From: Phoronis australis
Lineage: Eukaryota; Animalia; Phoronida
Direction of reading: 5' to 3'
DNA length: 64,000 bases
Assembly: GCA_002633005.1 (NCBI GenBank)
Contig: NMRA01000191.1
Coordinates: forward strand, 302,466-366,465
This document shows, in pieces, positions 13,401 through 25,385 of the stretch. The translations under genes were made by a program, and so were the position numbers. The notes under the pieces are model-generated. The model made no database searches and was not told the origin of the DNA. It was given only the letters and a program-made list of their open reading frames with translations. The stretch's first letter is position 1; each line of letters begins with the position of its first letter.

Positions 13401-16400
13401 TAAAAACAAGAAAATCACCATGTCGCTATACATATCAATATAACATAAACATTGGGGGTTAGCCCTGGCGAGCCTAGAAATGGAAATCGGGTGTGGGCGC
13501 GTAACCCAGAGATGGGGCCTTGTATTTAAAGAAATATGGAAGTGGGCGCTTACCTGTGGCTGATTATAGTCTAAGAGTCAATTTCAGCAACGTGCCACTG
13601 CAGAAAATGCTTAATGTCCCCGGTGACAACCTTAACTTCAGGCCATATCTACCCTGAGACTAAAAATTGATATGGTATCCGCATTTCAAAGCATACCTCA
13701 ACATGCTGAATATCAACTTACTGTGTGACTGAAGCAAATTACAGGTGGGCACTAGTTCAAGTATTGGGTGATTAATTGACAATTATCGTAAGTAGAGCAT
13801 CGGAGCTGAGGCGACCAGTGGCCACATAAGCCCGAAAATTTTTAAATGCAAGGAGTGGGTGTTTACGTTAGCATGAGCATTAACCTGAATGTATGCAAAC
13901 TTCAGTGCAGATTGTCTTTTTGTTGTTCAATCGTAGCCCTTTATATGTTAACTGAGTACAAAAGAATGAATCAAAAGCTTTCATTGAAATTTTCACATTT
14001 TGTGATGATTCTCTGACCATTAAGCTAAATGTGTGCAAAGGAATGTAATCTAAAGCTATCATAACAGAATTGCAAAACCAAGGACTTGCAAAGCAGAAAA
14101 AAGTTACCAGCAGCTCAAAGACATGCCACAATACACATTGCCATTATTGTGGCCTATTGTCATTATTGTTTACATGTGTTTGAAACCAATGCCTTATGTA
14201 GAATTCCAAGGTGAAAATCAGCAACTACAGTACTGTATGCACTTTTAAGGTTATTATTTCAACACCATGCAAGGATGGATGCAAGGATGGATGGGCCACT
14301 TGAAGGTACAGAGTGTTGGCTAGTGTTCAAGGCAAATAAATCTGAGGATAATTTGCTGTGAACTGAAAGTTCTTGACCCAACAGATAAGGTTTAAAGCAA
14401 GAGGTAAGACAAGCCAGTGTTTTATTGATGTCACCATTCATTGTGCTCCAGGCTTCCCAAGACATACAATCTGCTGTATAGTTCATCTCAATAAAATATT
14501 CAAACAACACACTTAGTATGATAGATGCATCTGCAGTAGCCTGCAGGGGCCATGTGGGTGTCACAAGGCAGGATACTTAGCAACTGAAAAATCTAGAATC
14601 AAGTATAATATATATACAGGTTTCTGATTTCTTGCATCTCAGTCACAGTGACTAGGTTCCCTTATATAATACTATAAGTCTATAGAGACAAGGAAAACCA
14701 TGCAGGTTTGAGTTGTGTTGTGGTGCTGGGCAGCATTATTGTGCAATGCCATTGTTCTGATCATTTTTCAACCTAGAAAAAATCACTTATGACAAACACG
14801 GGTAAAACTGAATCAGGACTAGTAATGTCAAATGAAAGTATGTCAGTGTCCTACAATGAACTATAGGCTCAGTGCAGCAATATATATGTCAATCAAATTG
14901 CATGTTATTGCAGTAGTATTAACCACTCATTAACTATTGGAGTTTAAGAGATCAGTGATCAACACCTTTGGTCCAGCTCAGGTTTTTCCATTCAAAATCT
15001 GAAAATGTGACCAAAAGACCGTAAACTGATAAAAACTAAGGTTACTAGCAAGCTTTTACAGTGGTCCAGAGTTCCGCCTACGTAGCCAACTTTTGATTTC
15101 TCCCTAGAGACCACTTACCGTTACAAAATTGGTCGAAGCAACTTGTTCATTTATTCAGACCAGAAGTGATATTCAAGTACGCAAAGAACTGATCCTTCAT
15201 TAATTTATTTGATGAGACCATGCTAAGCACATAAAATGACATGCCGTGACACGCCAACCTATAAAGCCTGGTCTCAAGCAGTAACGAAATATCAATTTTC
15301 TCAAAGTTCTGAAATCCAAGATTGACTCGGAAAAAAGATCAAGACCAGTTTCAATATGGTGAGCGATTCAAATCAAAAGGTTTTTTGTGACGGAAGGCTG
15401 GTTTATAGTTGCTTTAATCTTCGTTCCGCAACACCTGATGAAAGTTGTGTCATTACATAATCCAAGGCTTTTGCTATTGCAGGTCAGTGTCCGATATCAA
15501 TTCTTTCTCTACTTCATCCAATTAAGTTTCCCCTATTTCAACCATCATATACAAAACTACTATTGCATATTACATTATATCACTTGCATAAGTCGTATCA
15601 AGCCACAGCAATAGATTTTATATGACAGAGACAAAATCTGATACATCTGACAGGACTGAATGTACGAACTAAAATTGTGCATTGGAATTTTGTCCAACTT
15701 AGCCAAAAATCTGCCGTCATGAATGTCTGACTAAATGCAAGATTTACAGCACAACACAACGCTCCTTATGCTAAGCCAAAAATTCAAGCATGTACCAATG
15801 TGGTCTCTGTCCAGAACAGTACGAAATATTCAATACACTGAACTCTTTAGTGGTGTGAGTACACAAAGGAGTTTTTTCACTTAATCCAATATCAAATTTC
15901 TGGTAAGACCCAGTTGACAAGGATGAAACGCAACTTCATCCATTCACATATATTTGAAGACAATGAACATGTTCGTGTAGATTGTTCGATTACCTCCCTC
16001 TCCAACAGCGATAAATTCTATTGTCAGACCATGAAATTGGATTCCCAGCTCGTATTGGGCTTGATTTGGCCACTTACAGACCAATGTGGAGAAAAAATGT
16101 CATCCACGTGATCTCAGGTACGTCACCTCTTGTCAACAAGGGAATTTTCCAATGTTGTATTTAGTGAGTTAACATTATATTAAGTATGAAACGGACATAT
16201 AAACTGTTAATAAGAGTTGGCCATTAATGCCACATTTGCATGAATGAATGATTTCACTTGTAAGCTGGGCTTCCCCCACCTTGCAATCATCACATTCAAT
16301 CAATATATTGAAGGCACATATAGCCTGAAGTGATGGTTCCTACTCAGTGGAAATAACTGGTTCCCATTAATTAATTCTTGACATCTCGCACCATTACATC

Positions 16401-19234
16401 CAACTATTACCATGCTGAAAACTTCAGACATTCATCCTTAACCTTCTTCTCTTTCACATCATGACTGGATGTAGCCTTACTGTAGTACTTAGAACTACTG
16501 ATTGACTTTATTCAGGGATTTTCTAACTGAGGGCCGATAACATTCTAAACTAAGAAGTGTAGTGCAGACTGTAGTGCCATGGTGTGGTGCACACTAGGCA
16601 ATGACCATCGCCTCTGTTGGCCCGAAGCAGAGGCGATGTAGAGGCTATAGGCGCTCTGTACGCCGGAAGCTTTTCGGCGAATTATGCCTCGCACCGACTA
16701 AACCATCAAAGTCACGTTGTTATAAATACCTTTTGCGCATAGAGGAACACCTTAAGAGGTTGTCGATGTGTTTAATTCCTTCCANTTATATAATACTATA
16801 AGTCTATAGAGACAAGGAAAACCATGCAGGTTTGAGTTGTGTTGTGGTGCTGGGCAGCATTATTGTGCAATGCCACTGTTCTGATCACTTTTCAACCTAG
16901 AAAAAATCACTTATGACAAACACGGGTAAAACTGAATCAGGACTAGTAATGTCACATGAAAGTATGTCAGTGTCCTACAATGAACTATAGGCTCAGTGCA
17001 GCAATATATATGTCAATCAAACTGCATGTTATTGCAGTAGTATTAACCACTCATTAACTATTGGAGTTTAAGAGATCAGTGATCAACACCTTTGGTCCAG
17101 CTCAGGTGTTTACATTCAAAATCTGAAAATGTGACCAAAAGACCGTAAACTGATAAAAACTAAGGTTACTAGCAAGCTTTTACAGTGGTCCAGAGTTCCG
17201 CCTACGTAGCGAACTTTTGATTTCTCCCTAGAGACCACTAACCGTTACAAAATAGGTCGAAGCAACTTGTTCATTTATTCAGACCAGAAGTGATATTCAA
17301 GTATGCAAAGAACTGATCCTTCATTATTTGATGAGACCATGCTAAGCGCATAAAATGACATGCCGTGACACGCCAACCTATAGAGCCTGGCGTGCGTTCA
17401 GTAGATGCTAGGACCAACGCTAGGACCTAGCCAAAAGCTAGTCAAGGTCACGTGCTCTAATTTAAAATACATTGCAATATTTCGCGTAATCTCGCAAAGT
17501 CTTGCTTTTAAGCTAGGTCCTAGCGTTACTGAACGGGAGGCTGGTCTCAAGCAATAACGAAATATCAAATTTCTGAAATCCTAGATTGACTCGGAAAAAA
17601 GATCGAGACCAATTTCAAAATGGTGAGCGATTCAAATCAAAAGTTTTTTTGTGACGGAAGGCTGGTTTATAGTTGCTTTAATCTTCGTTCTGCAACACCT
17701 GATGAAAGTTGTGTCATTACATAATCCAAGGCTTTTGCTATTGCAGGTCAGTGTCCGATATCAATTCTTTCTCTACTTCATCCAATTAAGTTTCCCCTAT
17801 TTCAACCATCATATACAAAACTGCTATTGCGTATTACATTATATCACTTGCATAAGTCGTATCAAGCCAGCGCAATAGATTTTATGTGACACAGACAAAA
17901 TCTGATACATCTGACAGGACTGAATGTACGAACTAAAATTGTGCATTGGAATTTTGTCCAACTTAGCCAAAAATGTGCCGTCATGAATGTCCTGCTAAAT
18001 GCAAGTTTTACAGCGCAACACAACGCTCCTTATGCTAAACCAAAAAAATTAAATCCCAACTAAAGCTTGTACCAATGTGGTCTCGGTCCAAAACGGTACG
18101 CAACATTCAATACACTGAACTATTTAGTGGTGTGAGTACAAAAAGGAGTTTTTTCACTTAATCCAATATCAAATTTCTGGTAAGACCCAGTTGACAAGGA
18201 TGAAACGCAACTTCATCCATTCACATATATTTCAAGACAATGAACATGTTCGTATAGATTGTTCGATTATCTCCCTCTCCAACAGCGATAATTTCTATTG
18301 TCAGACCATGAAATTGGATTCCCAGCTCGTATTGGGCTTGATTTGGCCACTTACAGACCAATGTGGAGAAAAAATGTCATCCACGTGATCTCAGGTACGT
18401 CAGCTCTTGTCAACAAGGTTTGGCGAACCTCAGTCCCCATACCAGGGAACTTTCCAATGTTGTATTTAGTGAGTTAACATTATATTAAGCATGAAACGGA
18501 ATTTAAACTGTTAATAAGAGTTGGCCATTAATGCAGCGGCGCGTTTTGATTCTATGCCACATTTGCATGAATGAATGACTTCACTTGTGAGCTGGGCTTC
18601 CCCCACCTTGCAATCATCACATTCAATCAATATATTGAAGGCACATATAGCCTGAAGTGATGGTTCCTACTCAGTGGAAATAACTGGTTCCCATTAATTA
18701 ATTCTTGACATCTCGCATCATTACATCCAACTATTACCATGCTGAAAACTTCAGACATTCATCCTTAATCTTCTTCTCTTTCACATCATGACTGACATGA
18801 CTGGATGAAGCCTTACTGTAGTACTTACTTAGAACTACTGATTGACTTTATTCAGGGATTTTCTAACTGAAGGCCGATAACATTCGAAACTAAGAAGTGT
18901 AGTGCAGACTGTAGTGTCATGGTGTGGTGCACACTAGCTTCCGAAGATCTCTCAGCTCCAGGCCCAGGGCAGGACAAGCAGACATCACCAGGACAAACCA
19001 CATCACGACTACTAGCGTTCTCTCTCCTGTTATACCTCTGGCTTCAAACTAATGAGTTCTTACAGGAGTGAAATTTCATCTTTCGCTGGTCTACATAGAT
19101 ATCTATAACCTCAGTGACCCACGTAAACACTGCCCACTGGTAAACAATGTCGTCTGCGTGAACTGAACGGGATCACACTTACCTCGTCGATTCATCGGTC
19201 GGACACGGACGGCTACCTTAACTTTATCTGCCAT
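10443..19234 (-). CDS. KIF13: Kinesin-3 family motor (KIF13A/B-like), coding exons 1-2; gene continues beyond the left edge of the window
   Basis: Exon 1 (19234-19183) reads MADKVKVAVRVRPMNRR plus phase-1 G, donor GTAAGT. Exon 2 (10551-10443), after acceptor TTTCAG, reads (E)VDLGTRVVVDMDPQQTMLYHPSDPIGHHNDRGKGE(R), donor GTGAGT. Phases join, and the peptide resembles the KIF13 N-terminus (KVKVAVRVRPMNRRE...QTVLH...GER). No convincing FAFD-x-CFWS exon was found in 1-10400. Confidence 0.88.
11404..11640 (-). mobile_element. tRNA-headed SINE-like element, about 240 bp
   Basis: Minus strand begins GAGGAGGCAGTGTGGCCTTGTGG (A-box-like) and contains GGTTCGAGTCC (B box); collinear with the copies at 37772-38010 and 56878-57078. 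Confidence 0.8.
12465..12787. mobile_element. TTAA-flanked MITE, left-truncated third copy
   Basis: Same internal blocks as the other two copies; ends AGCTTGCAAGTACCACT|TTAA. Confidence 0.72.
16595..16784. mobile_element. Left end of an allele-specific insertion, truncated at 'n'
   Basis: Begins TAGGCAATGACCATCGCCTCTG where copy 1 diverges from copy 2 (empty site near 18937). Terminus resembles that of 25753-26344, with an internal hairpin CATCGCCTCTG/CAGAGGCGATG. Confidence 0.6.
17390..17540. mobile_element. About 150-bp MITE present in only one of two duplicated copies (possibly PIF/Harbinger-type)
   Basis: Inverted repeats CGTTCAGTAGATGCTAGGACC / GGTCCTAGCGTTACTGAACG with a CTG(G) duplication. 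The empty site AAAGCCTGGTCTCAAG is at about 15263-15278. Confidence 0.8.
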
Positions 19235-19394
19235 TTCTCCAAGAGTAATCCTTAAGTCAGTGACATCTAAACCAGAAAACACGTAGAAAATTAAGTGTTT
19301 TTTCAGCTAGGTCAACATAATCAATGCGGTACCATCAATAACTGCGTTGCTTTCATTACAAAACGAATGTCAACACACACTCCCAACTCAATGC

Positions 19395-19430
19395 TTGCGC
19401 CATTTTCTTCTGATTGACGCATGCGCATCA
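19395..19430 (-). promoter_or_regulatory. Probable KIF13 proximal promoter (YY1-like and NRF1-like motifs)
   Basis: CGCCATTTT (YY1-like) at 19398-19406 and ACGCATGCGCA (NRF1-like) at 19417-19427, about 170-190 bp upstream of the ATG. Motif match only. Confidence 0.4.
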
Positions 19431-20377
19431 GCTGATAAGGTGTCTGCAAGGTCGATGACTCACGGCGCAACCATAGCGTGACGGAATCACTGGGGACTCC
19501 TCGTGAAAAAACAAAAATCTTTCCAGTTAAATCAAAATTTCTATGAAGTTTGTTTATTCAGAAAATATAGCTAGACGAAGAAGGGAGGGTCCAGTATCAA
19601 TTTCCAGTGATTACTAGGCCTACTTTTAAACTAAGAATGTATTAAACCTGAAGGCTTACTCTTTTCTATCCCGAAAACCAACCAAGCCAAATTGTTATGC
19701 CAAATAATGTTCATTCGACAAGATTTCAGATTGATGACAACGAAAACACAAATATACGAAAGGTTGTACAGTTAATTCACAGACTTTCCAATTTTATCTG
19801 CGGTTTTCGACATTCAGTTAAATTTCACAGCTAAGCGCACGCCTGTCCAGTTTTCTTAATCGATAAATAATTTAAATTTGTCGTTTTTAATGCAGGTGGT
19901 AGCTGCTCTCAGTCGCCAACACATCATCGCTCCAGGAGATTGCAACTAGTATCTCTAGTCTTGTCATAGGAGCCATTCCATGGTCTTTTACATTACCGAA
20001 CTTATTAAAATTCTCTCTCACTGCACTTTTATAAAGCTTTTTGACAAAAAATTACTTTAGTTATTGAAATGTAACTAATTTTTAGGAAAAAAGATAAGTT
20101 TTGACAAAAAACTGAGATTTAACAAGAACTTTTAGAAACACTTTATTCGGATAATCAAAACTTAAGTTTATTTCATAATTTTAAGTTTTTCAAATAATCG
20201 AAAACAATTATTGTCAAACCTGGTTTTGACCTGTTATTGGCTGCTCTATGACCACTAAAACGTTGTCATCATAAAATAAGGTTTTGTTTCCCGTGTCAAC
20301 CGCCAAACGTTCGAAGCAAGGTTTACATTTCCTTACAAAGTCCGCAAACTCCTCAAGGCGGCTTCGTGCAAGGGAAA

Positions 20378-20486
20378 ACTGGCGGATTTAGGGGGGAGGG
20401 ACAAGAGGGCCATAGCTCCTGTGGGAAAAATCCTGACTAATACTCCGCCTTGACCCCCCTCACTCAAAAGTCTGGACCCGCCCCTG
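20378..20486. mobile_element. Short hAT-like MITE, same terminal type as 54299-55197
   Basis: ACTGGCGGATTTAGGGGGG ... CTGGACCCGCCCCTG, flanked by GGAAA on both sides. Confidence 0.65.
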
Positions 20487-20949
20487 GGAAAATCCCGTTA
20501 TGGATTTGAAAATATAACAGCGTGGAGTCTCCGGTAGCTGCGAGAATCCTGTGTAAGACTTACTTTTCTTATTTCCCCTGACACACGTCATTATATTTAA
20601 AGCACGTAATGCATTTCCATTTGCCATAAAGATTTAAAATTCTAGAAATAAACACAATTACGAAAGAAAGGTGATTACTTTTCCTTCACTAAACATTCTA
20701 TTACCAAAGACAGATGCGGGCTGTGACAAATAGAAGCAAGTAAGAATTCGCCTACTCCTGCATCGTGATCTTCACCACCAAATTCCACAATTCCTCGTCC
20801 TCCGGTAGTCATCAGTTTCTCCCCGGCACCCCTTCCCAGGTCGCCACTTTTTCCCACTGTTTACTGCGCCCGGATTCTTACGGCTCTGGTGCAATGATAG
20901 CATTTGTCAAACCGGAATCCGTACGTCTGCGCATTAAAGCTTGTTATTT

Positions 20950-21195
20950 GTCCGTCCGTCCATCCGTCCGTCCGTCCGTCCATCCGTCCATCCGTCCTGC
21001 GCCCGACCCTCCCTTCACCCTCCCTTCCCCCCTCCCTCACCCTCCCTCCATCCACTCCCTCCCTTCCTCCGACTGCGGTTCTCTCGCTTCCTCCCATCCC
21101 CTCCATCCCTCCGCCCCTCTTTCCCTGCTTGTCTTCCTCTCCCTCCCTTCCCGTTCCCGCCCTCTCTCCATCTCCTTCCTCTCGTCCTTTTCTCT
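20950..21195. repeat. (TCCG/TCCA)n microsatellite followed by a CT-rich low-complexity tract
   Basis: Directly visible; explains the overlapping Pro/Ser-rich and Gly/Arg-rich spurious ORFs. Confidence 0.9.
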
Positions 21196-21637
21196 CTATA
21201 CCTGGCTACCCCTATCTGGCATGTTCTCTTATGCACTCTCACATCACCCCCTTCATTGTGCAGTATAAAACTAGAGCACTTTCTATGAGAAATACAAATC
21301 TCTCGTTAGGAGGAGAGTATTGGGTACAGTGGACATTAAAAGATGAACGACCTTACGAAGAACTCAGAATTTAACCACAGCCATCCTCCCAAGTGTACTA
21401 CATGGTCGCCTACACCACATAATCGAATCTCATCGGACGTCTTTAAAATTATGTACGTTATCGATTGAGGTCGCTTCTTGTGAAAGCTTAACACGAGACG
21501 AGTAATGCCGAAAATTAAAACGTGCGATTTTTTGTCCTTGCAGCATGATTTTTCGACAGCTTCGTGATATTCATAATACAATTCCCATGTTGCTCACGTA
21601 TTCATCATTGTCACGTCTAATTTAGAGATGAAACCGT

Positions 21638-24410
21638 TGCTAGTTCCACGTAATAGCCCTAATATATATTCTCAAATGATATGACAATAGCACATTACTA
21701 AGGAAAAACCGGGTGGTATTTTCAGAAACGAATGATAAAATGCTGGGGTGCGATGACAATGATGAATGCCCGGCGATAAGTGCGATGACAATGATGAAGA
21801 ACCGGCGATACTGCATAACCAAATGGCGTTGACATTGATTTCATATTGCGTCCATATATTCTCTGTCATAGAAGATTAGAGAATAGAAAACAGACCATGT
21901 CCTTGTTTCTTACTCGAAGATTTGAACCTATTTTAAGTCGCATTTGTTAGGGTGACTGACTTGGGGATGTTGGCAGTTTGATTTTTTCTAAACGAATAAC
22001 ATTACTTGGTAGTTGTTATCAGGGACAGATTCATGAATTTGAGTTAGGGGGTAGGGGCAAAGTTATGTAACCATTTCAAGTCAATATGCGATAAAGTATT
22101 AATGTCTTTGGACAAGGTGAGTACGTATGCGGAATAAGAGAACTTTTACATGTGACACGACGAGTATGTCTCAAAAGTTAGATGAGACCGACGGTATAGT
22201 TCGGACCCACTTTCGAAGAACAGAAATTTCTCATAAAATTTCTCAGCTTCAAAATTGAAAATTATTTGAAAATTTAAGAAATTTCATGAAGTCTGTTTTA
22301 GATATGCAATGGATGATTCCATTACAATTGCAACAGTGCAATTTTGATTGGAAGTTACCATGTCCAAAAAGCCGAACTTACCAAGTCTGGTCAACCTCTG
22401 GGGTAACTTCGGCCCAGATATCTATGATTTCTTACTCCATTCTTGCGATGACTACTAATGAATGGAATTTTCAGCAATATTGAAAATCTAAACAAAAAAG
22501 TAAACGACTGGTACGTTTGTGTGTGCACATGGAGCATCCATGCACGTATGTGTACGTGTGTGTGCTCAAGTAAACTGTGGCCAAATATATCATATGAAAA
22601 ACTTTTTAAAGATCTTCGCTTTTACCACGAGCAATTGAACATAGTAGTATTATTGTAGTCTTTGAAACACCAAGAATTGTAATAACGATTTTCTTACTGA
22701 AAAGTGTATTTCACTATGGGCAGCACATGTCCCTGGCATGACTGCAAGATCTCGTAGCATCTTCTTGTGGGGTTCAAAGACATAAATACTCATTGTACCC
22801 TATTGAAGCACTTTGCTCAACCTAAATACACCTACAACATTTTAAGAAAACATAAGGAATTTTACGAGAAATAAAACTTGAAGTGTGAAATTTGTTAATA
22901 AGTGAATAATTTGCCTTCCTAATCTGATGTGTTCTTTCAGAACTTCGTTATTTTCAATTCACAGTCACGTAACGAACTGTCAGTTCCTTGAGAACTCAGA
23001 AATCGTAAGGAACAAGTCGAGANTGCTAGTTTCATGTAATAGCCCTAATACATATTCTCAAATGATATGACGATAGCACATTACTAAGGAAAAATCGGTT
23101 GGTATTTTCAGAAACGAAAGATAAAATGCTGGAGTACGATGACAATGATGAAGGCTCGGCGATAAGTGCGATGACAATGATGAAGAACCGGCGATACCGC
23201 ATAACCAAATGGAGTTGACGTTGATTTCATATTGCGCCCATATATTTTCTGTCATAGAAGATTTGAGAATAGAAAATACACCATGTCCTCGTTTCTTACT
23301 CGAAGATTTGAACCTGTTTTAAGTTGCATTTGTTAAGGTGACTGACTTGAGGATGTTGGCAGTTTGATTTTTCTGAACGAATGACATTACTTGGTGGTTG
23401 TTATCAGAGGCAGATTCATGAATTTGAGTTAGGGAATAGGGACAAAGTTATGTAACCATTTCAAGTCAATATGCGATAAAGTAAAATTAATGTCTTTGGA
23501 CAAGGTGAGTGCGTATGCGGAATAAGAGAACTTTTACATATGACATAACACGACGAGTATGTCTCAAAAGTTAGGTGAGATCGACGGTATAGTTCGGACC
23601 CACTTTCGAAGAACAGAAATTTCTCATAAAATTTCTCAGCTTCAAAATTGAAAATTATTTGAAAATTTAAGAATTTTCACGAAGTCTGTTTTAGATATGC
23701 AATGGATGATTCCATTACAATTGCAACAGTGCAATTTTGATTGGAAATGACCATGTCCAAAAAGCCGAACTTACCAAGTCTGGTCAACCTCTGGGGTAAC
23801 TTCGGCACAGATATCTGTGATTTCTTACTCCATTCTTGCGATGACTACTAATGAATGGAATTTTCAGCAATATCGAAAATCTAAACAAAAAGATAAACGA
23901 CTGGTACGTTTGTGTGTGCACATGGGGCATCCATGCACGTATGTGTACGTGAGTGTGCTCAAGTAAAGTGGCCAAATATATCATATGAACAACTTTAAGA
24001 TCTTCGCTTTTACCACGAGCAATTGAACATAGTAGTATTATTGTAGTCTTTGAAACACCAAGAATTGTAATAACGATTTTCTTACTGAAAAGTGTATTTC
24101 ACTATGGGCAGCACATGTCCCTGGCATGACTGCAAGATCTCGTAGCATCTTCTTGTGGGGTTCAAAGACATAAATACTCATTGTACCCTATTGAAGCACT
24201 TTGCTCAACCTAAATACACCTACAACATTTTAAGAAAACATAAGGAATTTTACGAGAAATAAAACTTGAAGTGTGAAATTTGTTAATAAGTGAATAATTT
24301 GCCTTCCTAATCTGATGTGTTCTTTCAGAACTTCGTTATTTTCAATTCACAGTCACGTAACGAACTGTCAGTTCCTTGAGAACTCAGAAATCGTAAGGAA
24401 CAAGTCGAGA
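21638..24410. repeat. Tandem near-duplicate block 2 (21638-23022 vs 23024-24410), probable haplotype duplication
   Basis: Copies abut at the single n at 23023; the last ~400 bp appear identical while the earlier part is diverged. Confidence 0.9.
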
Positions 24411-25072
24411 CTAATTTTATTGCGCCGGATAAGTGGTCTAAATTAACGCTGAAACGTTCTCTACTTGGAGGGAACTTTGTCACTAATCCTATTTTCTATC
24501 ACATTAGATCTTTTGGTCGCATTTTCGGATTCTTGATGAAACTGTTCCGAACGTGTACCATTCTCTTAAAAAAAAGCAGTTTGAGTGGTTTAGTCACAAT
24601 AACACGTAATTTGGTAGACACTTGTTGCAGATCGGTCCGCACTCTAACTGTAGAAAATGCAGATGGAGTAGGCAGTTCTTTAACTGTCAATCAGTAGAGC
24701 TGAAAGGAAATTCAACTTCAGAATAGTTGACTGTAACAAATTGTCATTTATCAAAATTACTTCAGCCCGTCGGTTTCATCAAGTAGAATAAAATTGTTGT
24801 CGATCACTGTTTTCGAAATTGAACTCCGAGCAAGACTAGTCGTCTGAGAGCTACAAAGCAGTGTTGAAAATAAATTTTTAATAACAAATGCACAGGAATT
24901 CCCATCACTGAAACATATGTCTCAGACGAATATGTTTTGAAAACTCAGTTGTGACGTAATTATAAAACCTGGTAACGACAATAGCAAAAATGAAATCTGA
25001 GTCGCCTTTTCCAACCCAGTGCAACACGTTCGTTTCCAAAATACGCCCACCTTGTGGACAGACTTGGTACTA

Positions 25073-25084
25073 TTTCGCGCCAAA
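25073..25084 (+). promoter_or_regulatory. Canonical E2F-type site upstream of MSH6
   Basis: TTTCGCGCCAAA about 300 bp upstream of the ATG, with a second E2F-like TGGCGAAAA near 25243. MMR genes are typical E2F targets in animals. Confidence 0.5.
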
Positions 25085-25385
25085 ATTAAAATTATGCCAG
25101 TTACCTCATTTTGTTTATGTGGTAGCACGATAAAACTTAGACCTAATTTGCGTTATTATTATTTGTTAAAGTACAGTAGAATTGTTTTTATGCTAGATAA
25201 AATAAAAGGTTTTATTATATTATTTCATATCAAACCATTTAATGGCGAAAAATTGATATTTTAAAAAATATGCTGGGCTGCAGACCCCTTTACGGTCAGT
25301 CCATTATCATCCATGACAGTCGTGCTGCACAAATAGGTCAAGTTGTTGCTGTGTGGCTCGGGTGCTGAGCCAGTAAGTGGGAAGC

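Larger units (their letters stand above)
14662..18937. repeat. Tandem near-duplicate block 1 (14662-16597 vs 16786-18937), probable haplotype duplication
   Basis: Collinear sequence with scattered SNPs and indels; second copy starts right after the single n at 16785. Confidence 0.9.

Noticed and set aside
13554-13597. 44-nt exon-like segment (TGCAG...CAG|GTAAGC) on the KIF13 strand
   Set aside because: It would introduce an immediate stop, and splice-like motifs alone are common; no support for a poison exon.
20675-21374. Cluster of overlapping long ORFs (up to 167 aa)
   Set aside because: They arise from stop-free (TCCG)n and CT-rich low-complexity sequence; no domain or splice support.
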